A DNA stretch of 64,000 nucleotides. Source: an uncultured Lachnospiraceae bacterium (GTDB lineage Bacteria; Bacillota; Clostridia; Lachnospirales; Lachnospiraceae). The first letter of the stretch is position 1. Each line of letters starts with the position of its first letter. The notes under the pieces were generated by a model, which saw only the letters and a list, made by a program, of their open reading frames with translations, was not told the origin of the DNA and ran no database searches. The position numbers and the translations under genes are program-made. Location: the NCBI GenBank assembly GCA_900316855.1, contig ONEK01000002.1, forward strand, positions 45,788 through 109,787, in the 5' to 3' direction. Of the stretch, positions 9,774 through 19,079 are shown one piece after another.

Positions 9774-10826
9774 ATGAAAGCAGGGAAAAGGAAAGTAAAA
9801 CGGGAAAGCAGCCGCGTGTCTGCCCTGCTGCTGTGTCTTGCGCTGCTGACCGGATGCAGTCCGTTTTCCGGTGTTACAGTACCGACCACACAGACCGCGG
9901 AGGATACACTCCCGCCTGAGGAGGACATCCGCAACCTGATCAGTGTCGGGTTCTCGCAGCTCGGAGCGGAATCCGCGTGGAGAATAGCCAATACGGAATC
10001 GATCCGCGGCGCGCTGACGAAGGAGGACGGGTTCTATCTGCTCTCCGATAATGCCAGACAGAAGAAGGAGAATCAGATCAAGGCGATCCGCAGTTATATT
10101 TCCCAGCGGGTAGATTACATTGTGTTTGCCCCCGTGACGGAGGAGGGCTGGGAGACGGTGCTTCAGGAGGCGCAGATTGCGGGCATTCCCGTTATTGCAA
10201 TCGACCGCAGCATTGAATTATCCAGCCGACACCTTCTGACATCCTGGATCGGTGAGGATATGAGGCAGGAAGGGGAGAAGGCAGGACTCTGGCTTGAGGA
10301 CTATCTAAAGGAGTGCGGCAGGCAGGATGACCCGATCAATATTGTTGTGCTGCAGGGGACACAGGGCTCTTCCGCACAGCTCGGACGGACGATCGGCTTT
10401 GATTCCATTGCGGACAGACATGACAACTGGAACATCCTGGAACAGCGGGACGCGGATTTTACTACAGCCAAGGGCGGGGAAGTAATGGAGACCTTTCTGA
10501 AGAAGTATCACGACATCGACGTCGTGGTATCCCAGAATGATGACATGACGGCAGGCGCCCTCGAGGCAATGGACAGGGCAGGCATCACAACCGGAGAGGG
10601 CGGCGTGACCGTGCTGTCATTTGACAGCACCCGGGCGGGTCTTCAGCTTCTGAAGGACGGCAGAATCAATGTGGATATTGAGTGTAATCCGTTGTCAGGA
10701 CCGCTTCTTGCAGATGTCATCCACCGCATTGAGAACGGGGAGGAAATCGAGGAGCGGTATTATATGACGGAGAACGTGTTCACGGCAGATAATGTGGACC
10801 GGTACATTGGCCACCGCGCTTATTGA
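9774..10826 (+). CDS. YtfQ-like solute-binding lipoprotein between kinase and regulator (probable sensor accessory protein)
   Basis: Lipobox LTG-C; VGFSQLGAESAWRIANT, GTQGSSAQLGRT, SQNDDM, ECNPLSGP; no adjacent permease. Confidence 0.88.
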   Translation: MKAGKRKVKRESSRVSALLLCLALLTGCSPFSGVTVPTTQTAEDTLPPEEDIRNLISVGFSQLGAESAWRIANTESIRGALTKEDGFYLLSDNARQKKENQIKAIRSYISQRVDYIVFAPVTEEGWETVLQEAQIAGIPVIAIDRSIELSSRHLLTSWIGEDMRQEGEKAGLWLEDYLKECGRQDDPINIVVLQGTQGSSAQLGRTIGFDSIADRHDNWNILEQRDADFTTAKGGEVMETFLKKYHDIDVVVSQNDDMTAGALEAMDRAGITTGEGGVTVLSFDSTRAGLQLLKDGRINVDIECNPLSGPLLADVIHRIENGEEIEERYYMTENVFTADNVDRYIGHRAY

Positions 10827-10840
10827 AACGAGGAAACGTG

Positions 10841-12442
10841 ATGCTGAAGGTTTTTCTGGTGGAAGATGAAAGTGTTGTCCGGGAAGGACTCAGGGACAAC
10901 ATTCCCTGGCAGGATTATGGCTTTACCTTTGCCGGAGAGGCAGGGGACGGGGAAATGGCCCTTCCCCTCATCCGGAAGACACAGCCGGATGTGCTGATCA
11001 CGGACATCCGGATGCCGTTCATGGACGGACTCTCGCTGTGCCATATCGTGCGGCAGGAATTTCCCAACATAAAGATCATCATCATGAGCGGCTTCGATGA
11101 TTTCGAATACGCGAAAAGAGCTGTAAATGAGGGCGTGGATCAGTATCTGTCCAAGCCGGTCACACGGCGCATGATGAAACAGGCGCTCGAGGATATCCGG
11201 GAAAAAATCGATTCCGAACGCGAACAGCTGGGGTATGCCTCCCGTTATCAGCTTGAGAGCAGGGAATATGAACAGCTGCAGAGAAGGAACTTTCTGGAAA
11301 ATGTCTTCGGAGGACGCCTCTGCGTCGAAGAAATTTACGAAGGCGCGGGCAGGCTGAATCTTCAGATTGACGCCTCATGCTTCAACCTGATCCTGTATTC
11401 TGTCGGAGGAACGCCAGACGAGGAGAAGGAAGGAGGACCGGCTGACCAGATAGAAGAAACACTCGCTGCGTATTTTCTCCGCTTTCCGCAGTATATTCTC
11501 TCGCGGTGGAGCCTGAATACTTTCTGTGTGATTGTCAAGGGAGAACGGGAGGAAGTCGGGGAGTATACACGCAGGGGACTTCAGGAGATCACCAGGGTTT
11601 GCGGCGGGGAAGAGAGCCGGGAAGTATGGTACGCGGCAGCGGGGAAGCCGGTCGAACGGTTCTCCGCACTGCGTGACTGCTACAACGAAGTGAATCATGC
11701 CTTTGCCTGCCGTTTCTGGATACCGAAACAGCATATCCTGACAAGCGAAACGGCGGCCCACTACCGGGAGGAAACGGATGAGGGAAGTCTGGAGTCGCTG
11801 GATGTTTCCCAGGTGGATCCCGTGATTATCAGCAGCTTTCTGGAAAACGGACAGAAGGACGAGACGGAGGAATTTACGACGGGCTATCTCTCCACGCTGC
11901 AGGATGTCCTGAAATCCAAGATGTTCCGCGGCTACCTGATGCTCAGCATACGGTTCAATGTCATCTCCTTTGTGAAGAAGTTCGGAGTTTCGCAGGAGGA
12001 GTTTCTGCGTTCCCTTCCGGGAGAGATCCGTGATTTTGACATTAACACAGGGGAAATGTACAGCTACGTGGAACGGCTGCTGTTAGCCGCGCTGGACATC
12101 CGGGACAAGGCGAGCAATGACCGCAGCAGCAGGCTTCTGAAGGATGCACTCAGCTACATCAACCAGCATTACACAGACGAGCAGCTGTCACTGAACACGG
12201 TCGCGGAAGCGGTCGGCGTCTCCGGAAGCTATTTTTCCGCCTCGTTCTCACGGGAAATGAATATGACGTTTGTGGAATATATCACACGCAAGCGGATGGA
12301 CCGGGCCAAAGAGCTGCTGCAGACAAGAGGAATGCACACGCAGGAGGTCGCAGCAGCGGTAGGTTATAAGGATCCGCACTATTTCTCCTTTGTATTCAAG
12401 AAAACACAGGGCATCAGTCCCAAGGAATACAGGAATTCATGA
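10841..12442 (+). CDS. YesN-type response regulator (receiver + AraC HTH)
   Basis: MLKVFLVEDE, ITDIRMP, YLSKP; LSLNTVAEAVGVSGSYFS...VGYKDPHYFSFVFKK. Confidence 0.95.
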   Translation: MLKVFLVEDESVVREGLRDNIPWQDYGFTFAGEAGDGEMALPLIRKTQPDVLITDIRMPFMDGLSLCHIVRQEFPNIKIIIMSGFDDFEYAKRAVNEGVDQYLSKPVTRRMMKQALEDIREKIDSEREQLGYASRYQLESREYEQLQRRNFLENVFGGRLCVEEIYEGAGRLNLQIDASCFNLILYSVGGTPDEEKEGGPADQIEETLAAYFLRFPQYILSRWSLNTFCVIVKGEREEVGEYTRRGLQEITRVCGGEESREVWYAAAGKPVERFSALRDCYNEVNHAFACRFWIPKQHILTSETAAHYREETDEGSLESLDVSQVDPVIISSFLENGQKDETEEFTTGYLSTLQDVLKSKMFRGYLMLSIRFNVISFVKKFGVSQEEFLRSLPGEIRDFDINTGEMYSYVERLLLAALDIRDKASNDRSSRLLKDALSYINQHYTDEQLSLNTVAEAVGVSGSYFSASFSREMNMTFVEYITRKRMDRAKELLQTRGMHTQEVAAAVGYKDPHYFSFVFKKTQGISPKEYRNS

Positions 12443-12450
12443 ATGACGGG

Positions 12451-13530
12451 TCATCGTTCCGCACTCACACTGGTTCCGGGACAGATATGCCAGGGCAGGA
12501 CAATGTCCGTCTGCTGTTCTCCCCTTAACCGGGACAGCAGGAGCGAAGCAGCCGACCTTGCCGGCTCGCCCTGCTGATGCCCCATGGATACCAGGATGTT
12601 TGGGCCTATCGTTCGGAGATAGCTGGCGTCAAACGACACCACGCTGAGATCACCGGGAACCTCCACGCCGCGCCGCGTCAGTTCCCTGATGAGCGGACAG
12701 GCCAGTTCATCGTTGTAACACAGAACCGCGGTACAGGCCGAAATCACGTCCGTGACAAAGTGATCGAGGATGGCGGACCCGCCGGAGTGTATCAGGTCCG
12801 CCATATCCTCAGCGTCCGACAGCAGGACATGGGAACGCGGAAAGGGGAGACCGTGATCGCGGAGCGCGCAGAGGTAGCCCAGATATCTGCCCCTGGACTG
12901 GAATTGATCGGATCGGAAAACCCCGGCTATCCGGGTGTGCCCCATCCGGATCAGCAGGGAAGCTGCGTCATAGCCGCCCTGATAATCGTTGTCCATCACG
13001 CAGGGTACGTCCGGCAGGTTCTGATATCGTCCGCAGAGCATGACCAGACAGCACCCTGCGTGCAGCAGCTTTTGGTAGAGGTCGGCGTTGGGATTGCTGT
13101 AATCACTGATGCATTCCACAATCATTCCGCGGGGCGCGGGGCCTGCCAGGATCTCGTTCAGAGCTCTGCGTTCCATGTTGAAATCACCGTGAATTTCAAA
13201 CAGTGAAACAGAATATCCCGTATTCCGGAATTCCCGGCGGATATTGCTGACCATGTCCGGATAGATATAATCCGTGGTTGAATTCAGCAGAATCACAACC
13301 CTGTTCCTGTCTTTTCCGGGCATCAGTCCGGTGAGCCTGCTTCCGCTCCCCCTGCGTGTGGCAATCAGCCCCTCCTCCCGCAGCATTTTCAGCGCCATGC
13401 GGACCGTCTGTCTGCTGCAGCCGTATTGTTCACAGAGCTGCTGCTCTGTCCGGAGGGTACGCCTGCCCTCCGCCAGCGCCGACCCGATTTCGTTTTCCAG
13501 CTCCGAAGCCAGTTCCTCATACTTATACAT
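12451..13530 (-). CDS. araR: AraR-type transcriptional repressor (GntR wHTH + LacI-type sugar-binding domain)
   Basis: RTEQQLCEQYGCSRQTVRMALKMLREEGLI...RGSGS HTH; DNDYQGGYDAA, TAVLCYNDELA, DLSVVSFD; divergent from a YtfQ-type transporter. Confidence 0.78.
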   Translation of the reverse strand: MYKYEELASELENEIGSALAEGRRTLRTEQQLCEQYGCSRQTVRMALKMLREEGLIATRRGSGSRLTGLMPGKDRNRVVILLNSTTDYIYPDMVSNIRREFRNTGYSVSLFEIHGDFNMERRALNEILAGPAPRGMIVECISDYSNPNADLYQKLLHAGCCLVMLCGRYQNLPDVPCVMDNDYQGGYDAASLLIRMGHTRIAGVFRSDQFQSRGRYLGYLCALRDHGLPFPRSHVLLSDAEDMADLIHSGGSAILDHFVTDVISACTAVLCYNDELACPLIRELTRRGVEVPGDLSVVSFDASYLRTIGPNILVSMGHQQGEPARSAASLLLSRLRGEQQTDIVLPWHICPGTSVSAER

Positions 13531-13840
13531 TTCGCTGTTTTCCTGTCCGTGACTGTCCGTTCCCCGGAGCGGTTGTGCCCGTACCGGTACGGGAAAGATC
13601 TTTCTGTTTCATGGGAAGCTTGCGCAGGACCCTTGTCAAAATTTTTACCTTCCGGAAGACACGGCAAAAATTTTCCACTTCCCGAAAGCCTCCTGTGACA
13701 ATTTGACCATGCCTTTCCTGCGCGGCGGGAGAGGCGGCATCGAAAAAAATCAAACGTAATCCCAAAAATAATAACAAAAGGTGAAGACAAAATGAACCAA
13801 ATGTGAATATTTGTATTTAAATAATATCATATATCGAGAA

Positions 13841-13856
13841 ATATGTATGTATAAAT
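13841..13856. promoter_or_regulatory. AraR-like operator
   Basis: ATATGTATGTATAAAT matches the B. subtilis AraR consensus ATTTGTACGTACAAAT at 13/16 positions; lies between araR and the transporter. Confidence 0.55.
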
Positions 13857-13995
13857 GGACGAAAACAGTGCATTATGATCAACCGGAGATTGTAGAAAGG
13901 GCAGAATTTTGTAAAATTATACCTGTCCGCGGGAAAACCGCGGAAGTCCGTTCCGAACGGCAGATTCGGAATGTATCGTCAACCATAAGGAGGGT

Positions 13996-15138
13996 ATGAT
14001 GAAAAAGAAATTAGCTTCGCTTTTAGTAGCAACGATGTCCGTTGGCCTTCTGGCAGGCTGCGGCGGATCATCTGATACGGCAGCCACCCAGGCTCCTGCA
14101 GCAGCTTCCACGGAAGCCCCCGCGGCAGAATCCGCTGAGGCGGCAACCGAAGCCCTGACTGAGGCGGCAGAAGAAGCTGCTGCTTCCGGGGATGTGATCA
14201 CGGTAGGCTTTGCACAGGTCGGTCATGAATCCGACTGGCGCACCGCCTCCACAAATTCCGTACAGGCTGCCCTGTCTGCCGAGAACGGGATTGATCTTCA
14301 GTTCGTTGACTGCGACAACGATTCTGCTGCACAGCTCGACGCGGTTCGCAACTTCATCCAGCAGGGAGTTGATTATATCGTAATCGACCCGATCGTCTCC
14401 ACCGGCTGGGACACAGTTCTGACAGAGGCAGATGACGCAGGCATCCCTGTTATCGTCATTGACCGTACGATTGATGACTCCGACAAGTATGTTTCATGGG
14501 TAGGCTCCGAGTTCACAAACGAGGGCCTTGCAGCAGGTGAGTGGCTGAAGGAATATGCGGCTGATAAGGGAATTTCCGAAATCAATGTTCTTGTAATCTC
14601 CGGCACTACCGGTTCCTCTGCGCAGCTCGGCCGTACGAAGGGCTTCGACCAGTATGTTGAGTCCGAGGGCTGGAACAAGCTCGACGAGCAGACCGGTGAT
14701 TTCACACAGGACGGCGGCCAGCAGGTTATGGAGTCCTATCTGAAGTCCTATGCGGGACAGTTCAATGTTGTTGTCTGCCAGAATGATAATGAGGCATTCG
14801 GTGCAATCGACGCTATGGATGCTGCGGGTGTTTCCTACGGTGTCGGCGGTGATGTGATCCTCATTTCCTTTGATGCCTGCAAGGCCGGCCTTCAGGACGT
14901 TCTGGACGGAAAGATCAACGCAGACTTCCAGTGCAATCCCCTGCAGGGACCTGACTGCCTGAATATCATCCAGAAGCTGCAGGCAGGCGAGGACGTTCCG
15001 AAGCAGACATTCATGGCTGAGCCCTGGTATGTATCCGAGGACAACCTCACATCCATTACCTACACAAACAATGCAGGTGAGGAAGTTACCGAGGATCTCG
15101 TACATGTAGATCAGTCTGTTGTCGATGCGGCATATTGA
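13996..15138 (+). CDS. ytfQ: YtfQ-like (galactofuranose/arabinose) ABC substrate-binding lipoprotein
   Basis: Lipobox LAG-C; VGFAQVGHESDWRTA, GTTGSSAQLGRT, CQNDNEAFGA, QCNPLQGP. Confidence 0.85.
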   Translation: MMKKKLASLLVATMSVGLLAGCGGSSDTAATQAPAAASTEAPAAESAEAATEALTEAAEEAAASGDVITVGFAQVGHESDWRTASTNSVQAALSAENGIDLQFVDCDNDSAAQLDAVRNFIQQGVDYIVIDPIVSTGWDTVLTEADDAGIPVIVIDRTIDDSDKYVSWVGSEFTNEGLAAGEWLKEYAADKGISEINVLVISGTTGSSAQLGRTKGFDQYVESEGWNKLDEQTGDFTQDGGQQVMESYLKSYAGQFNVVVCQNDNEAFGAIDAMDAAGVSYGVGGDVILISFDACKAGLQDVLDGKINADFQCNPLQGPDCLNIIQKLQAGEDVPKQTFMAEPWYVSEDNLTSITYTNNAGEEVTEDLVHVDQSVVDAAY

Positions 15139-15160
15139 TTGATTCAAGAGTCTTCAATGG

Positions 15161-15192
15161 GGTGGCTCCTTCACAGGGGAGCCACCTTTTTT
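15161..15192 (+). terminator. Intra-operonic stem-loop with U-tract after ytfQ
   Basis: GGTGGCTCC / GGAGCCACC stem followed by TTTTTT; flanked by AGTCTTCA...TGAAGACT. Confidence 0.72.
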
Positions 15193-15297
15193 CATGAAGA
15201 CTGCCGTAAGGCAGAAATATTACATGCCCCGGACAGGCCCTTCGGATCCTGCACAGATGAGGAGCCTGACCATACAAGAAAGTTGAGGGAAGAGACG

Positions 15298-16824
15298 ATG
15301 GATAACAACGTATTGATCGAAATGCGTGACATCACCAAGACATTCCCGGGCGTAGTAGCGCTGGATCATGCACAGCTGACACTTCACAAGGGTGAAATCC
15401 ATGCACTCATGGGAGAGAACGGTGCCGGCAAATCGACCATTATCAAATGTCTGACCGGTGTTTATGAGCGCGATTCCGGAGAGGTCCGCATGGACGGTGT
15501 GGAAGGGAATATCTACAACCACTCGACCATGGACGCGCAGAAGATCGGCATCGCGACCGTGTACCAGGAAGTGAATCTGTGTCCGAACCTGTCCGTTGCC
15601 GAGAATCTGTTCATCGGAAGGGCTCCGGCGACGAAGATCGGAACCGTCGACTGGAAAACCATGAATCAGAAGGCGAGGGAAATCATGAACAGCCTTCAGA
15701 TTGATGTGGATGTGACGGCGACTCTGGAAAATTACTCACTGGCGATCCAGCAGATGGTTGCCATCGCCCGGGCGGTAGACATGAACTGCCGTGTGCTGAT
15801 TCTGGATGAGCCTACTTCCTCGCTGGACGACAAGGAAGTGGAGAAGCTGTTCAGGCTGATGAGGCAGCTCAGGGAGAAAGGCGTCGGAATCCTGTTTGTC
15901 ACACATTTCCTGGAACAGGTTTATGCCGTATGCGACAGGATTACCGTCATGAGAAACGGTAAATTCGTCGGAGACTATACCGTCAGCGAGCTGCCGAGGG
16001 TCAAGCTGGTTGCGGCGATGCTGGGCAAGGACTTCGATGACCTTGCTTCCATTAAATCCGAGGGCGGCAGTGCAAAATCCACGGATGTGATGCTGAAGGC
16101 GGAAGGCCTTTCCCACAAGGGAACCATCAAACCGTTTAATTTCGTCATTCACAGGGGCGAAGTGGTCGGTCTTACCGGTCTTCTGGGTTCGGGCCGCTCC
16201 GAGACCGTCCGCTGCCTGTATGGTGCGGACCGTGCACAGACAGGCACAGAGGAGTTCAAGGGACAGAAGATCAATATCAAGGCACCGATTGACGCAATCC
16301 GCATGGGCATGGGATATCTTCCCGATGACCGGAAGGCGGAGGGCTGTATTGCCGATCTTTCCGTCCGCGAGAATATCATCCTGGCGCTGCAGGCGAAAAA
16401 GGGAATGTTCCATACGATTTCGAAAGCGAAGCAGAATGAAATCGCACAGAAATATATTGAGGAGCTGTCCATCAAGACGCCCTCCCCGGAGACCCCGATT
16501 TCCCAGCTTTCGGGCGGCAATCAGCAGAAGGTGATCCTGGCGAGATGGCTTGCGACGGATCCTGAATTTCTGATTCTGGATGAGCCTACCCGTGGAATCG
16601 ACATCGGGACGAAGACGGAATTCCAGAAGAAGGTGCTGGAACTGGCAGACGAGGGAATGAGCGTTGTTTTCATCTCCTCAGAGATTGATGAGATGCTTCG
16701 TACCTGCTCCAGGCTTTATGTCATGCGCGACGGACAGCAGGTGGGAGAGGTTACATCCGAAGACGGACCGATCACGCAGGAGGACGTCATGAACGCGATT
16801 GCGGGAGGCGCGAAACAGGCATGA
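15298..16824 (+). CDS. ytfR: Sugar ABC transporter ATP-binding protein (YtfR-like)
   Basis: ATG 15298 (ORF track over-extends); GENGAGKS, ILDEPTSSL, LSGGNQQKV, LDEPTRGIDIG. Confidence 0.9.
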   Translation: MDNNVLIEMRDITKTFPGVVALDHAQLTLHKGEIHALMGENGAGKSTIIKCLTGVYERDSGEVRMDGVEGNIYNHSTMDAQKIGIATVYQEVNLCPNLSVAENLFIGRAPATKIGTVDWKTMNQKAREIMNSLQIDVDVTATLENYSLAIQQMVAIARAVDMNCRVLILDEPTSSLDDKEVEKLFRLMRQLREKGVGILFVTHFLEQVYAVCDRITVMRNGKFVGDYTVSELPRVKLVAAMLGKDFDDLASIKSEGGSAKSTDVMLKAEGLSHKGTIKPFNFVIHRGEVVGLTGLLGSGRSETVRCLYGADRAQTGTEEFKGQKINIKAPIDAIRMGMGYLPDDRKAEGCIADLSVRENIILALQAKKGMFHTISKAKQNEIAQKYIEELSIKTPSPETPISQLSGGNQQKVILARWLATDPEFLILDEPTRGIDIGTKTEFQKKVLELADEGMSVVFISSEIDEMLRTCSRLYVMRDGQQVGEVTSEDGPITQEDVMNAIAGGAKQA

Positions 16825-17873
16825 ATACAATAAAACAGCTGACGAAAAAACCGCTCTTCCTTCCGGTTTTTTCCCTGATCATTGTTCTGATGATCAATCT
16901 TTTCAAGGACCCTGCCTTTTTTGCCGTCGGCATTCAGAACGGCGTTCTGTACGGAAGACTGATAGACATCCTGAACCGCGGCTCCGAAATAGCGATCCTT
17001 GCGGTGGGACAGACGCTGGTTGTCGCGGTATCTGCCGGAACAGATATTTCGGTAGGTTCCGTCATGTCCCTGACTGCCTGCGGCACCTGCATGATGCTGG
17101 CGGGCTACGGGGTTAATTCCACAACCGAGCTCGCGGTTCCCATGGCGGTCGGAATCCTGTTCGGGCTGTTCCTGTCGGCTCTGTGCGGCGCAATGAACGG
17201 CTTCCTCGTTGCCAGACTGAACATCCAGCCCATGGTAGCGACCCTGATCCTGTTCACGGGTGCGCGCGCGATCGGACTCCTTCTGTGCAACAACCAGATC
17301 ACTTATATCCGTTATACGCCGTATAAGTATTTTGGCAATTTTATCCCGGGGTGCCCTGTTCCCACGGCTATTTTCATCGCTGCAGGCGTTGTGCTGGCTG
17401 TGTCCCTGTTCCTGAAGAAGACTTCGCTGGGGCTTTATATCCAGTCGGTCGGCATCAACTCGAAGGCGGCAAGAATATCCGGTATCAATTCCGCAACCAT
17501 CTGCTTTGTCTGCTATCTGATCTGCGGCATTACTGCCGGCATTGCCGGCATTGTGGCGAGCTCACGGATCTATTCGGCCGATTCCAACAATATCGGCCTG
17601 AACTATGAAATGGATGCCATCCTGGCGGTCGCACTCGGAGGCAACAGCCTTGGCGGCGGCAAGTTCAATATGGCGGGCTCCATTATCGGTGCCTATACCA
17701 TTCAGGCCATTACGACAACACTCCTTGCTATGGGTGTGTCGACGGATCAGGCCCCGGTGGTCAAGGCCATCATCGTCATTGCCATTGTTGTGGTACAGGC
17801 TCCCGCCTTCCGTGCCTGGATGGCAACGAGAGCCGCAAGGAAGGCAGCGGCAGCGAAGGAGGCAGCACAATGA
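16821..17873 (+). CDS. ytfT: Sugar ABC permease (YtfT-like)
   Basis: GTDISVGS, IQPMVATLILF, GLNYEMDAILAVALGG; ATGA overlap. Confidence 0.85.
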   Translation: MNTIKQLTKKPLFLPVFSLIIVLMINLFKDPAFFAVGIQNGVLYGRLIDILNRGSEIAILAVGQTLVVAVSAGTDISVGSVMSLTACGTCMMLAGYGVNSTTELAVPMAVGILFGLFLSALCGAMNGFLVARLNIQPMVATLILFTGARAIGLLLCNNQITYIRYTPYKYFGNFIPGCPVPTAIFIAAGVVLAVSLFLKKTSLGLYIQSVGINSKAARISGINSATICFVCYLICGITAGIAGIVASSRIYSADSNNIGLNYEMDAILAVALGGNSLGGGKFNMAGSIIGAYTIQAITTTLLAMGVSTDQAPVVKAIIVIAIVVVQAPAFRAWMATRAARKAAAAKEAAQ

Positions 17874-18901
17874 AGAAAACCGGACGCAAGATTAACGGCA
17901 ACACCCTGCTGCTGTACATCACTATTGCTCTGTTTATCGTGATGTATGCAATCGGCTGCATCATATACAGGGATAAGGGCTTTACCCACCTGCAGGTTTT
18001 CCTGAACCTGTTTATTACCAACGCGGGTCTGATCTGTGTGGCCTGCGGCATGACGTGCGTTATGCTGACGGGAGGCATTGATATTTCCGTAGGCTCCCTC
18101 ATTGCCATGGACTGCATGCTTCTTGCATGGGGCATGGGAATCAAGGGCTACGGATGCATTCCGATGGTCATCGCCGTCCTTCTGATCGGACTGGTATTCG
18201 GCTGTGTACAGGGATTTCTCGTGGGCTATCTCGATATCCAGCCGTTTATTGTAACCATGGCGGGACTGTTCTTCGGGCGCGGTATGACTGCCGTCATCTG
18301 TACGGATCAGATCTCCATTACCGAAGATATGAACAAAATGTTTTACAGCTGGGCGAATGCGAAAATCAACCTGCCCGCATTCCTGGGGTATGCCAACAAG
18401 AACGGCAAGATTATCGTGCCGTTTATCCGGCCGACTGTCATCATAGCGCTGCTGGTGGTTGTGGTCATATTCCTTGTCCTGAAATATACCCGGTTCGGCC
18501 GTGCGCTGTACGCTGTGGGAGGCAACGCAACGAGCGCCGCCATGATGGGCCTGAATGTGAAGAAGGTCAAAATGGAGGCCTATATCCTTTCCTCGTTCCT
18601 GTGTTCCATCGGCGCGATCTGCTACTGCCTGAATACCATGTCGGGATCCGTGCAGCAGGCAAGAGGATTTGAAATGGACGCCATTGCATCGTCCGTCATC
18701 GGCGGCACGCTGCTGACCGGAGGAGTGGGAAATGTAATCGGCTCCCTGTTCGGATGTCTGATTAACGGCACGATTACACAGCTCGTGACAACGAACGGCA
18801 AGCTTCTCTCCTCCTGGAGCAATATCATGACAGCTGCCCTTCTGATGGTATTCATCGTGATTCAGAGCCTGTTCGCTTACTTCAAGGACCGGAACCGGTA
18901 A
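17870..18901 (+). CDS. yjfF: Sugar ABC permease (YjfF-like)
   Basis: GGIDISVGS, IQPFIVTMAGLFFGRG, GFEMDAIASSVIGGTLLTGG; ATGA overlap. Confidence 0.85.
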   Translation: MKKTGRKINGNTLLLYITIALFIVMYAIGCIIYRDKGFTHLQVFLNLFITNAGLICVACGMTCVMLTGGIDISVGSLIAMDCMLLAWGMGIKGYGCIPMVIAVLLIGLVFGCVQGFLVGYLDIQPFIVTMAGLFFGRGMTAVICTDQISITEDMNKMFYSWANAKINLPAFLGYANKNGKIIVPFIRPTVIIALLVVVVIFLVLKYTRFGRALYAVGGNATSAAMMGLNVKKVKMEAYILSSFLCSIGAICYCLNTMSGSVQQARGFEMDAIASSVIGGTLLTGGVGNVIGSLFGCLINGTITQLVTTNGKLLSSWSNIMTAALLMVFIVIQSLFAYFKDRNR

Positions 18902-18960
18902 GTCAGCAAAACCAAACGGACGGATGCCGGAAAGCTTATTGACATCCCTGCAAGGAAGGC

Positions 18961-19000
18961 AAAAGGAAAGGAACTCCCTGAGCGGAGTTCCTTTCCTTTT
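18961..19000. terminator. Bidirectional intrinsic terminator
   Basis: Perfect 17-bp inverted repeat AAAAGGAAAGGAACTCC-CTGAGC-GGAGTTCCTTTCCTTTT between convergent yjfF and murG. Confidence 0.85.
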
Positions 19001-19079
19001 GGACGTGATATCTGCTGAAGCTTTTCCCCTGACTCCTTCTTTGTGAGCGCAGAAAGGAAGGACTGGCACTGATGCTGGG

